Positions 15,374 through 24,654 of a stretch of DNA of 30,861 nt are shown piece by piece. How positions within the stretch are numbered: position 1 is the stretch's first letter; every line of letters begins with the position of its first letter. A program made the position numbers and the translations under genes. Under the pieces are notes generated by a model. It had not been told where the DNA came from. It ran no database searches and was given only the letters and a program-made list of their open reading frames with translations. The stretch lies in the IMG/VR virus record IMGVR_UViG_3300044712_001463. One strand, written 5' to 3'. Origin of the DNA: a virus (lineage: Duplodnaviria; Heunggongvirae; Uroviricota; Caudoviricetes).

Positions 15374-16165
15374 ATGAAAAAGAATGCAAGTCAAATATAT
15401 GATCGGGAATCTGTTGAGCAGATACTCATGGCTCTTATTAAAAATATGATTTCTACATTCGGAAGAAGTGGAAAGATATTTAAGGATTATGAAAATATAA
15501 AGATGTTCAATTTGGGAATACAAGACGTTAGAGGTGAAGATATAAACGTTGATTTTTATATCAGAGCAAAAAAAGATAGCGATTGGTCATCCGCGCAAGC
15601 TCTAGTTCCAGAAGAAAACAATGGCAAGCCTGGAATAGTAATGCTATTTGATAAAGATATGACTATGAAAGACTTTATAAAAGAAATAGATACAGAAGAT
15701 TTCTTTCAAGATGTATATTCTAGAATAGCACATGAGTTGACACATATAATGGAAATGATGGCAAAGCCAAAAATCTACTCTCATGAAGAAGAAGAGAGAT
15801 TGAGAAAAGTTAGAGAAGAAAAGGGTGATGAGGAATATCAAAAAGTATATGGAGATGCAGAGGTCGAGTTTGAATCTCTTCTTACTTCTATGATATCTTT
15901 TGTAGATTCAAATTTTGTTCAGAAACTAATACAAAGAAAAAATGATAAATCATTCCTAGAACATATTATTAAAAAGTGCCAGAGCGGAGAAATGTTTAAG
16001 TATCTTCTAGTCTACGTTAATAAGGGAATAAATCTTTATGCTAAAAAAGGTAATTGGAATGAAAAAAAGAAAAAAAGAGCTTATAGAAAAGCCTATCTTG
16101 GGGTAAATGAAGTAGTGGAAGGCATGCTTTGGAAGGCAAAAAATCTTTTGGAGCAAAATGCTTAA
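15374..16165 (+). CDS. HExxH-motif (zincin-like) hypothetical protein
   Basis: RIAHELTHIME plus a downstream EVEFE as possible third ligand; GGAGAGG RBS. Confidence 0.55.
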   Translation: MKKNASQIYDRESVEQILMALIKNMISTFGRSGKIFKDYENIKMFNLGIQDVRGEDINVDFYIRAKKDSDWSSAQALVPEENNGKPGIVMLFDKDMTMKDFIKEIDTEDFFQDVYSRIAHELTHIMEMMAKPKIYSHEEEERLRKVREEKGDEEYQKVYGDAEVEFESLLTSMISFVDSNFVQKLIQRKNDKSFLEHIIKKCQSGEMFKYLLVYVNKGINLYAKKGNWNEKKKKRAYRKAYLGVNEVVEGMLWKAKNLLEQNA

Positions 16166-16346
16166 GACACCTGAAAAAGACAACATCATATATAGGGATT
16201 ATTCTTTAAGTCAACAACAAGATTATTCACAAAATATCTTACCCTATATAAATGCTGGATATAACATGGATCCGATAGGATCTCATAGATATGGATTTTT
16301 TGTTGTTGAAGGATGGAAAATCATAGAAAGTTCAGGTCGATTTTGA
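16158..16346 (+). CDS. Small hypothetical protein
   Basis: ORF track; overlaps the upstream stop. Confidence 0.5.
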   Translation: MLKTPEKDNIIYRDYSLSQQQDYSQNILPYINAGYNMDPIGSHRYGFFVVEGWKIIESSGRF

Positions 16347-16352
16347 TATAAT
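16344..16352 (+). promoter_or_regulatory. Extended -10 promoter
   Basis: TGATATAAT 18 nt before ATG 16370; no -35 match. Confidence 0.45.
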
Positions 16353-16369
16353 TTGCCATGGAGGTTAAT

Positions 16370-16603
16370 ATGGCAAGACCAGCCGCTTATCAAGACGAAG
16401 ACCTTATGATTCTTTTGTATGAGATAAACAAAAGATATGGATATGTTAGCGTAGAAACAATGCAGATGGCTCATGAAGATGACCCATATAGATACCCATC
16501 ATACAAGATGTTTGAGCGTCGGTTTGGCGGAGTCAGAAAAATGGTAACAAAAGAATTCATAAAAAATCTAGAGGCATACGCCGACAAAAAGTTGGAGGAA
16601 TAA
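16370..16603 (+). CDS. Solo homing-endonuclease-associated-repeat-like (HNH_repeat-like) protein, putative DNA-binding
   Basis: YQDEDLMILL...YPSYKMFERRFGG fits the Y..e.l..L...PS...f..RFG pattern; GGAGG RBS. Confidence 0.55.
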   Translation: MARPAAYQDEDLMILLYEINKRYGYVSVETMQMAHEDDPYRYPSYKMFERRFGGVRKMVTKEFIKNLEAYADKKLEE

Positions 16604-18807
16604 TGAATAAGTCAGAGCAGAGAAAGATTGAATATTATAAGAAGCTGAATAAGACTTCATTTGGAAAGTTAATAAACAATACATTTGGAAATGTATTGAA
16701 TATTGCCGCCGAAGGTCATAGTCTAAGAAATTTCATGAAGAAGCATTACAAGGAAATTTATGGCGCTGGCGAATATGATGAGGCTCTTCAGGCTAGATCT
16801 GATTTTAGAGATAGGACTTTTTCTGATGAAGTTGTCCCTCCTCATGCCATACAAAGAATACAGCATCCTTTTCAATTTAGAAACAACGTTACTGACTGGA
16901 CTGCAAGAAAGCAAGAAGAACTCATAGCAGCTGGTGTTCAGGATTCTGTCAGACAACTAAAGCGTTATCATCTTTATGTTGCCGAGGATACTGTAGAACA
17001 AGTATGCTCTGGCTTTATAGAAAACAAACAAAAATCAGGAATGCTTTTTAGGGCACCAGCCGGTTATGGTAAGTCAACCATATGGGAGTATTTCGGATAT
17101 ATGGCGGCTCAAAGGTCTCCGCTTTCTGATGAACATCTAGTTTTATGGTTATATCATCCATCGGTTTCCAACATCAGTTTGAATCAGAGCAACGAATCGA
17201 TAAGAAAAAACATAAGAGAGAGACATTTCTGCTGGATGGAATCTTGGGCATTAGATACATCTAGAACATATGTTGGAACAGAGCATGAAGCTAATGATGC
17301 AATGGAAGCGGCATTTTCATATAATGACCATCAAGATATTCATCACGGATTTCCAATGCGCGAAAGGTTTGTTTTGATATGTGATGAATTTTATTCAGCA
17401 CAGCATAACGCCCATGGAGGAAGGAATCCATCCCAAAATGGAATTCTAAGACAATTCGAAGCATTAAAAGGAAGACTTGAGGGCCAGGGCGGCGCTCAAA
17501 TGAACATTATTTTAACATACGCCGAAGAGGATCATGCGAATTTAATAAGTGATTTGAGAGCTTCGGGTATGATAAATACTCAATTTAATGGAAGATTCCA
17601 ACAAGTATCAGCGAAACCATATACTAGACATGATATTTATGAGATTATAGATCACTCTCTAGAAACATGGATGACAAGTCGTGGTCTTACTAATTTTAGG
17701 ATTCCAGATAGATCAAGAGTTGTAAATGCAATTGTAGATAAAGCATATCAATGTTTAAATATTTTCTTAAAAACAAGCGACCCAAAACAACTAAGAGAGA
17801 AACACGATGTTGTAGGAGTTCCAAGACTTGTTTCAAGATTGATGTGGCCTGAAATAATTTCAATGGCAGAACAAAGAAAGGCTGATATAGATAAATTAAG
17901 AGGACTAATAGTAAATAACAATCAGGTTAAATCAGTTAAGAAAGATATCGAGGATCAAATAGTTAAAGAAACAAGGAAATTAGAAAGAGAACAGGGAGTA
18001 TCAAATCCTAGAAGTGAGAATCAAAATCAAGGTTCTACTACAAAAGTAACGACTAGACCATCGGAAGTTGGTGGAATTGAAATAGAAGAAGAACCAGTTC
18101 AGATTTCAGAAGAAGAACAATCCAATCAGCAATCTGATGCTGGAAATGAAATAGAATTCGATTCAGCAATGCTTACGAGTTTAAGAGCAAAACTAGAAGA
18201 ATATAATGAAACAGATGAAAAGCAGACTCACGATATAGAAATTCTAAAAGCTAGATTTGTAAGAAAGTATCCAGACTTTGTAGATAAAGACATTAATAGT
18301 GCAGATACCATTCATGCTGAAGATGTTGAAATGGTTCCTAATGAAGAAATAGTTCAAAGTTTAATAGAAGACGCAGCATCAATGGAAAGAGCAAAGATAG
18401 AATTGAGGGAAAGAATTAAAAAACTTACGGGTCAGATAGATCAAATGATTGCCAAATTAGATGATAATGATTTGGACGGAGAAGACCCGAGTGTTTTCCA
18501 GGCAAAACTTGAGGCTCTTATTTATGATAAAAATACATCTGTTATAAGATTAATAGGAATGGAACAGCAATATTCCGACGATGAAATTCAACAAAGTATA
18601 AGAAATATCCCAAGGCATGAAGGAAATCCTATTGCTGAATATAAGAGCAAATCTGGTCGCCGTGGGCAAAATGAATTTGCTAGGCAATTAGAAAGAGTTC
18701 AGTCTAGGGCTTTGCAAGGAGAAAGCCCAGTTCCAGGCGGTGAATCTCCATCTAGTGAAGTTCCTCCTCCCCCGCCTCCTCCGAAACCATCAAGCAGAAG
18801 ATTATAA
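16603..18807 (+). CDS. Large P-loop ATPase (ExeA/AAA_22-like) with acidic linker, coiled coil and poly-Pro tail
   Basis: Walker A APAGYGKST, Walker B VLICDE, GVPRLV lid motif; TAATG coupling to the upstream gene. Confidence 0.65.
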   Translation: MNKSEQRKIEYYKKLNKTSFGKLINNTFGNVLNIAAEGHSLRNFMKKHYKEIYGAGEYDEALQARSDFRDRTFSDEVVPPHAIQRIQHPFQFRNNVTDWTARKQEELIAAGVQDSVRQLKRYHLYVAEDTVEQVCSGFIENKQKSGMLFRAPAGYGKSTIWEYFGYMAAQRSPLSDEHLVLWLYHPSVSNISLNQSNESIRKNIRERHFCWMESWALDTSRTYVGTEHEANDAMEAAFSYNDHQDIHHGFPMRERFVLICDEFYSAQHNAHGGRNPSQNGILRQFEALKGRLEGQGGAQMNIILTYAEEDHANLISDLRASGMINTQFNGRFQQVSAKPYTRHDIYEIIDHSLETWMTSRGLTNFRIPDRSRVVNAIVDKAYQCLNIFLKTSDPKQLREKHDVVGVPRLVSRLMWPEIISMAEQRKADIDKLRGLIVNNNQVKSVKKDIEDQIVKETRKLEREQGVSNPRSENQNQGSTTKVTTRPSEVGGIEIEEEPVQISEEEQSNQQSDAGNEIEFDSAMLTSLRAKLEEYNETDEKQTHDIEILKARFVRKYPDFVDKDINSADTIHAEDVEMVPNEEIVQSLIEDAASMERAKIELRERIKKLTGQIDQMIAKLDDNDLDGEDPSVFQAKLEALIYDKNTSVIRLIGMEQQYSDDEIQQSIRNIPRHEGNPIAEYKSKSGRRGQNEFARQLERVQSRALQGESPVPGGESPSSEVPPPPPPPKPSSRRL

Positions 18808-18827
18808 ATCAATAAGCAAAGATTAGT

Positions 18828-18860
18828 TTAAAACGCCAGCTTAAAACGCTGGCGTTTTAA
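18828..18860. terminator. Bidirectional intrinsic terminator
   Basis: TTAAAACGCCAGC-TTAAAAC-GCTGGCGTTTTAA, perfect 13-bp inverted repeat. Confidence 0.85.
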
Positions 18861-18868
18861 TTTTTCCC

Positions 18869-18896
18869 TTTAAAATGATAAAGAATTGAGTATAAT
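18869..18896 (+). promoter_or_regulatory. sigma70-like promoter, 16-bp spacer
   Basis: TTTAAA(18869-18874)-N16-TATAAT(18891-18896). Confidence 0.6.
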
Positions 18897-18916
18897 ACGA
18901 TAGTGAGGAGAGTTAT

Positions 18917-19798
18917 ATGATAGTGATGCCAGAGACATTATCTTTGCACCCAACAATGCAATGCGATTATCATTGTGTTAATTGTTATTTGAAGAAAGAC
19001 ATTGATTCTTTGGAAGAAAAGTCTCCAGAGTTTTTTCTTAAATTAGTTGAAGAGGCATCTAAAAATGGAATCAAGGAATTAATGATTCCAGTTAACTATG
19101 TAAAACCAGAAGCGACATATGAAGAAAGTCTCAAAAAGGATAGAAATCTTTTTTACTACAATACGTTAAGGAAAAAGGCAATAGAGTGTGGTATGACTTT
19201 CTCCATGACATGTAATTATGAGTTCATTGAGTTTTACAAGAAAGATCTTGATTTTGATGGTATAAGACTTCTTAGTGTATCAATGAATGATTTTGTTACT
19301 AGCACAAAAGATAAGAAAAATGCCGCAATCGAAACAATGAAGTTTTTGAAAGAAAAAGGAGTAGAGCATGTTAATTGCACAGTTCTTCTTTCAAAGAATA
19401 TGGCTGAGCAATTAAGAGATGGGCTAGCTAGCGAAATCTTAGAGGTTGCAGATACTATCTTTATCATATCTAGTAAGCCACATACGGTTCCGATGAATGT
19501 CATTTATGCCTGGCTTGATATATTGAAAAACAATGTGCTGACAATGATTGATAAAAGAGTTCTTCTTGATAGCTGCCTTAAGAACATTATAGGAATAACA
19601 AATGGATATTGTTCAAGGCATGATATGATTTATGTAAATCCATATGGTGAAGTCAAGATGTGTAGTTATGATAAGTTGAATCTATTTACATTAGAAAATC
19701 CAGAACAGATAGGTCATGTTATAAAAACGTTCTATCCTCAAAAGCAGGTTTTTGATTGTCCGCTGTTAACTATGGGAAAAACACTTAGGAGCAAATAA
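18917..19798 (+). CDS. Radical SAM protein with possible C-terminal Twitch/SPASM-like Cys cluster
   Basis: CDYHCVNC (CxxxCxxC); YVNPYGEVKMCSY plus additional C-terminal cysteines; GAGGAG RBS. Confidence 0.85.
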   Translation: MIVMPETLSLHPTMQCDYHCVNCYLKKDIDSLEEKSPEFFLKLVEEASKNGIKELMIPVNYVKPEATYEESLKKDRNLFYYNTLRKKAIECGMTFSMTCNYEFIEFYKKDLDFDGIRLLSVSMNDFVTSTKDKKNAAIETMKFLKEKGVEHVNCTVLLSKNMAEQLRDGLASEILEVADTIFIISSKPHTVPMNVIYAWLDILKNNVLTMIDKRVLLDSCLKNIIGITNGYCSRHDMIYVNPYGEVKMCSYDKLNLFTLENPEQIGHVIKTFYPQKQVFDCPLLTMGKTLRSK

Positions 19799-21660
19799 TG
19801 TCTATTATAAAAAGAAAAGGCTTATCGGAACTTAAGGGTCGCAAGGCCAGCGTGATTAGTGGATTGATTGATCATGTTTATTCTGGAACATCACTGCTAT
19901 ATCTTTTAGGTAATGATGAAAAAAATACATTACTAGATGTTAGACGAGCAATTTCTTCTTTGATTAAATATCAAAAAAAAGAAGGCGAACCAAGAGAGTA
20001 TTCTTATTATGAGTGGTCTTCCGCAAAGGGACTTTATGAATTTCAGATGTCTCCAATAAACAAGCAATTCGATGCTGAGTTTAATAACTACATCACTGCC
20101 GAAAAGGAAGATGAGGTTCTACAACAGACTTCTACTCAGGTCAATATGACTATGCCATCTCCGCAGGGTGGCGGAATGATTCCTTTGAATCAAACGGACC
20201 CTTTAAGCCCATTGACTTTTTTAACATCAAAGAGTGTTCAGACGCGAAAGGACGCATCTGCTTCAAGTGTTAAGTTAAAAATTGTAGTCATGAAGGATGT
20301 CCATCCATTTCTTGAAAAGAATCCGAATTTTGTAAGGAAGGTAAAAGACATTATTATTGATAATGATTCAGACTTGGAAGATGCTCTTAATCGTAGACTT
20401 ATCATTATTTTTGTTGGGAACACTAAAGTTGTTCCAGCAGAAATCGAGAACCTTATTACTGTAATTGATTGGGGTCAGCCTACTCCAGATGAAATCGTTG
20501 ACCATCTCAAGGGTCTTGTTATCGAAGAAATAGTTGACAAGGTTCCTACTGAAAAGGATATTTTCAGGACCAAGTATACAAAGGAAGAGGTTGATCAAAT
20601 CAAATCTGCTCTTACTGGATTGTCATATCCAGAAATTGAGACGGCTATTACTACATCCAATGTAAGATTTGGAGAATTGAAGCCCGAATTCCTGGTTGAT
20701 TTCAAGAGACAAATTGCATTAAAGAATGGTATGCTAGAATACCGTCCTGTAAACAACGCCATGGCTGACGTTGGAGGACTTGACTGCCTCAAGGATTGGA
20801 TTAAAGTAAGAAAGACAGCATATAGCAAAGAGGCTCAGGAGTTTGGAATCAAGCCTCCAAAGGGAGTATTGCTTGTAGGAATCCAGGGTTGCGGAAAGAG
20901 TCTTTCAGCTCAGGCTATAGCCGCAGAATTTGGACTTCCTCTCGTAGTCTTTGACATTGGAAGAGTTCTTTCAAAGACCGTTGGTTCTTCTGAAGAAAAT
21001 ATGAGAAGAACTCTAGCTACTCTTGACGCCATATCTCCAGTTGTTGCTGTTTTTGAAGAGGCTGAAAAGGCTCTATCTGGAGTCCGGTCATCGGAATCAT
21101 CTGATGCTGGAACAACTAGCCGTGTCGTAAGCACCCTTCTTGATTGGATGCAAAATAGAACTTCGCCAGTTTTCGTCGTAATGACGGCAAATGATATAAG
21201 AAAATTTGACGCTGAACAAATCAGAAAGGGTCGTTTAGATGAAGTATTTTTCTGTTCTCTTCCAGAAGAGGATGAGAGAGAGGAAATCTTCAGGATTCAT
21301 CTTAAGAAAGCCGGAAGGAATCCAAATGATTTTGACGTAAAGGCTTTTGCTAAGATGTCGGCAAATTTCTCTGGCTCAGAAATTGAGTATGTAATCCATG
21401 ATGCTCTAATTATAGCTTTCAATTCTCCAAAAAGAAAATTAGATAACATGCATATTTTACAGGCTATCAAGCAGGCTATTCCACTGTTTAGGACTTGTGA
21501 AGAACAACTTCAATTTATGTATGATTGGGTTGGGTGGGATGAGGAAAGAAAGGAAGGCAATAGGGCAAGGTATGCATCTCAATCAAGAAAGCGGCAGTCT
21601 GAAAAAGAAGGTAAGAACATTATTAAATTAAGAGACATGAGCAAGAAAGAGGCTTCATAA
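19798..21660 (+). CDS. Ycf46-like AAA+ ATPase
   Basis: Degenerate N-terminal AAA region (IVVMKDVHPFL), DVGGLDCLKDW, GVLLVGIQGCGKS, FEEAEKAL, TANDI, RKGRLDE. Confidence 0.85.
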   Translation: MSIIKRKGLSELKGRKASVISGLIDHVYSGTSLLYLLGNDEKNTLLDVRRAISSLIKYQKKEGEPREYSYYEWSSAKGLYEFQMSPINKQFDAEFNNYITAEKEDEVLQQTSTQVNMTMPSPQGGGMIPLNQTDPLSPLTFLTSKSVQTRKDASASSVKLKIVVMKDVHPFLEKNPNFVRKVKDIIIDNDSDLEDALNRRLIIIFVGNTKVVPAEIENLITVIDWGQPTPDEIVDHLKGLVIEEIVDKVPTEKDIFRTKYTKEEVDQIKSALTGLSYPEIETAITTSNVRFGELKPEFLVDFKRQIALKNGMLEYRPVNNAMADVGGLDCLKDWIKVRKTAYSKEAQEFGIKPPKGVLLVGIQGCGKSLSAQAIAAEFGLPLVVFDIGRVLSKTVGSSEENMRRTLATLDAISPVVAVFEEAEKALSGVRSSESSDAGTTSRVVSTLLDWMQNRTSPVFVVMTANDIRKFDAEQIRKGRLDEVFFCSLPEEDEREEIFRIHLKKAGRNPNDFDVKAFAKMSANFSGSEIEYVIHDALIIAFNSPKRKLDNMHILQAIKQAIPLFRTCEEQLQFMYDWVGWDEERKEGNRARYASQSRKRQSEKEGKNIIKLRDMSKKEAS

Positions 21661-21681
21661 CATTTACTAGGGGATTAAATA

Positions 21682-22956
21682 ATGCCGCCGACATCCAAAG
21701 AAAAATGCTCTTTTTGTGGAAAGAAACAAGATGAAGGAGTTCGTCTGTTTAAGTCTCCAGACAATTCCACAAATATATGTTCAGAATGTAATGCATTAAT
21801 ACATGAAATGAATGATGCAGAAGAAAAGAAAAAAGAAGACGGAGAACAGTCTTATGAGTTTACTTTGGATTTATATACACCAGATCAAATGTATGATCAT
21901 TTGAATAAGTTTGTTATTGGGCAAGACAGGGCTAAGAAGTTTCTGTCTGCGGCAGTTTATGAACATTATAAGAAGATTAAAAACAATGTTTTCGAAAAGA
22001 AAAAGGGAGAGTTAGAATTAGAAAAATCAAACATTCTTATAACTGGTCCATCTGGTTGTGGTAAAACTCTTATGCTTAGAATGCTTGCTAAGATGGTTGG
22101 TGTGCCATTTGCGATTGCTGATGCCACAACCTTGACGCAAGCAGGATATGTTGGAGAAGATGTTGAGAACGTGGTCCAGAGGCTTTATCAGGTTGCTCCA
22201 GGTAGGACACATGAAGAAAAGGTATTTTTTACTCAAGTCGGAATGGTTGTAATTGACGAGGGCGACAAAATAGCAAGAAAGGGAGAGGGTCCATCAATTA
22301 CTAGAGACGTTAGCGGCGAGGGCGTCCAGCAGGCTTTATTGAAACTCCTTGAAGGGACTAGATGCAATCTACCTCTTCATGTTCATGCTGGCGGTAGAAA
22401 GCATCCTAGGCAGGAGATGTTTCAGGTAGATACCTCTAACATACTTTTCGTTTATTGTGGCGCCTTCGAGGGGCTAAACGAAATAGTTAAAAAGAGAGTG
22501 AATACTGGAAATTCAGGTCTTGGATTTGAATCAAAAGTTCAAAAAGATTTTGTTAATAGTTCTTCTCACATTAAGAAAGTAATAGATGAAGACTTTATAA
22601 AGTTCGGACTAATTCCAGAACTAGTTGGACGGCTTCCAGTTATTGTATCTTTAGAAGAATTAACTAAGGAGCAATTTAAGAGGATTTTAACAGAGCCAGA
22701 AAACTCTATCATCAAGCAGCAGAAGAAAATGTTTGAAATGGATGGAATTGAACTTGTAATAACAGAAGATGGACTAGACGCCATAGCAGAAGAGGCAAGC
22801 AAAAAGAAGATTGGGGCTAGAGCATTAAGGTCGGTAGTTGAAACGGTTCTTTTTGAAGATAAATTCAATATAGTAAAATTGAAAGGTAAAAAACTAATAA
22901 TAGATTCAGAAAAAGTCAAGAAAATGCTTTCTAACAATGATGAAATTGCTGCTTGA
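21682..22956 (+). CDS. clpX: ATP-dependent Clp protease ATP-binding subunit ClpX
   Basis: CSFCGK..CSEC zinc domain, [37 protein letters not shown] ClpP-docking loop, GARALR. Confidence 0.96.
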   Translation: MPPTSKEKCSFCGKKQDEGVRLFKSPDNSTNICSECNALIHEMNDAEEKKKEDGEQSYEFTLDLYTPDQMYDHLNKFVIGQDRAKKFLSAAVYEHYKKIKNNVFEKKKGELELEKSNILITGPSGCGKTLMLRMLAKMVGVPFAIADATTLTQAGYVGEDVENVVQRLYQVAPGRTHEEKVFFTQVGMVVIDEGDKIARKGEGPSITRDVSGEGVQQALLKLLEGTRCNLPLHVHAGGRKHPRQEMFQVDTSNILFVYCGAFEGLNEIVKKRVNTGNSGLGFESKVQKDFVNSSSHIKKVIDEDFIKFGLIPELVGRLPVIVSLEELTKEQFKRILTEPENSIIKQQKKMFEMDGIELVITEDGLDAIAEEASKKKIGARALRSVVETVLFEDKFNIVKLKGKKLIIDSEKVKKMLSNNDEIAA

Positions 22957-22980
22957 AAAATATCCATTTTTTGGTATAAT
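22953..22980 (+). promoter_or_regulatory. sigma70-like promoter P1 (16-bp spacer, extended -10)
   Basis: TTGAAA-N16-TATAAT with TGG before the -10 box. Confidence 0.75.
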
Positions 22981-22985
22981 TAAGG

Positions 22986-23013
22986 ATGACAAGCAAGAAA
23001 AAACGCATATAAT
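22986..23013 (+). promoter_or_regulatory. sigma70-like promoter P2 (16-bp spacer), tandem with P1
   Basis: ATGACA(22986-22991)-N16-TATAAT(23008-23013). Confidence 0.65.
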
Positions 23014-23050
23014 ATAACTAATCAAATTCATTCATCAAAAGGAGAACAAA

Positions 23051-23452
23051 ATGTCACACGTAACTACTGTAAAGACTGTAATTACAAATCTTGATGCAAT
23101 CAAGAGAACCGTCAAGGAGCTAGGATATGCAAGCAAGGAGAATGCTTCCTTGTCTGGGGCATATGTTAAGGGTCAAAAGGTTGATTTGGTTATCGATCTT
23201 GGTTCAAGAAGCGATGTTGGCTTTAATAAGGAACCTGACGGGACCTACACTATGGTTGGCGACTTCTATGGGCTTGATGGGTATGGACAGCCGTTCAAGG
23301 ACAGGTTCATGAATAGATATAACTATCTATTGGTAATGGATGCAATCAATGCTGGTGCTGCTCCAGCCATCTCAATTGATGGAGTAAATATCCAACAGAA
23401 TGGTATTATTGAGATTGAGGCAACTATTAACGAGCAAGTCGTCGGTCTATAA
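23051..23452 (+). CDS. DUF1257 (Ycf35-like) protein
   Basis: MSHVTTVKTVITNLDAIKRTVKELGY...DVGFNKEPDGTYTMVGD; AAGGAG RBS. Confidence 0.8.
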   Translation: MSHVTTVKTVITNLDAIKRTVKELGYASKENASLSGAYVKGQKVDLVIDLGSRSDVGFNKEPDGTYTMVGDFYGLDGYGQPFKDRFMNRYNYLLVMDAINAGAAPAISIDGVNIQQNGIIEIEATINEQVVGL

Positions 23453-23479
23453 TCCAAAAACTATATAAGGAGAATTAAA

Positions 23480-23668
23480 ATGGCTAAGCTGAAGATTACC
23501 TTTAAGGATGGGAAGATTGTTTCGCAAACTAATGGGGTTGCTGGTTCATCCTGTCTCAAGGTTGATGAGTTTCTAAATAACCTTGGGCAGGCTAATACTC
23601 AGTTGACTCAAGAATATTACAATAAAGAACGTGCCTCTGATGTTGTAATTACTGGGTTTGAGGGATAA
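23480..23668 (+). CDS. DUF2997 family protein
   Basis: ITFKDGKIVSQTNGVAGSSC...LG...TQEYY; adjacent to DUF1257, its usual partner. Confidence 0.8.
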   Translation: MAKLKITFKDGKIVSQTNGVAGSSCLKVDEFLNNLGQANTQLTQEYYNKERASDVVITGFEG

Positions 23669-23685
23669 AACAAAACTTTGAGGCT

Positions 23686-24654
23686 ATGATGACTAGAGTT
23701 TCTGGATCTCTCGCAAAGAGATTGAAAAAGATTTACAAAGAACCATCTGTTGAACAAGAAAAAGATGATGATGATGAAAATGTAGATGATGTCTACAATC
23801 AGTGGTCTTCCCCTGACAATGTCTGTTTTTTCCCTAGCTCTAAAACTGTTAAGTCAGTTGAACCTGGAGTCTATTATGGTATTTCTACACAAAGTAGAGG
23901 TATTGGCATAAAGAGAATAGACTTCATGACTGGCAATCTTATTAAGTTTCCAGATACAGTGTCGGATAGAGTCATATTCGATATTGAAAAGTTTTGGAAA
24001 TCGGCAGATGAATATGCTGGAATCGGAGAAGTTTACAAGAGGGGTATTCTCCTTCATGGAGACCCTGGGCATGGAAAAACCTGCACAATTAACATGGTCA
24101 TTAAAGATTTGATTGAAAATCGAAACGGAATTGTTTTGATGTTCAGGGATCCGAACATTGACATTGAGGCAATGAGAATTATAAGAAAGATTGAGAAGAG
24201 CAGACCACTAGTTGTATTGATGGAAGATATTGATGCCATCATAGATCGACACGAGGAGTCTGATATACTCAATCTTCTTGATGGCGTAAATCAGATGGAA
24301 AATGTTGTATTCTTGGCGACTACAAACTATCCTGAAAAACTAGGAGGACGCGTTACTAACCGTCCTAGCAGGTTTGATAGGGTGTTTGAGATTGCTCCTC
24401 CAGGAACGGCATCTAGGAAGATGTATATTGAGCATCTTGTTGGAAACTATTGTAAGTATAAAAAGATTGATAAGGCTCCAAATATTAACATTGCAAATAT
24501 CGTTGAAGACACCGCAAATCTTTCATTCGCCCATATAAAAGAACTCGTATTGTCAACTCTTGTATATGGATACGAATACAATGATACAGTTAAGGTGTTG
24601 AAAGGAATGAAGAAGGTAAAAAAGACTGGGAAAGATGTAGGGTTTAATGAATGA
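23686..24654 (+). CDS. Single-domain AAA+ ATPase (BCS1-like classical AAA)
   Basis: RGILLHGDPGHGKT, LMEDID, LATTNYPEKL, RPSRFDR. Confidence 0.85.
   Translation: MMTRVSGSLAKRLKKIYKEPSVEQEKDDDDENVDDVYNQWSSPDNVCFFPSSKTVKSVEPGVYYGISTQSRGIGIKRIDFMTGNLIKFPDTVSDRVIFDIEKFWKSADEYAGIGEVYKRGILLHGDPGHGKTCTINMVIKDLIENRNGIVLMFRDPNIDIEAMRIIRKIEKSRPLVVLMEDIDAIIDRHEESDILNLLDGVNQMENVVFLATTNYPEKLGGRVTNRPSRFDRVFEIAPPGTASRKMYIEHLVGNYCKYKKIDKAPNINIANIVEDTANLSFAHIKELVLSTLVYGYEYNDTVKVLKGMKKVKKTGKDVGFNE

Noticed and set aside
21682-22956. Inteins in ClpX, NadE or the AAA proteins
   Set aside because: Lengths and motif spacing are normal, and no C/S...HN-C/S/T splice junction pattern was seen.
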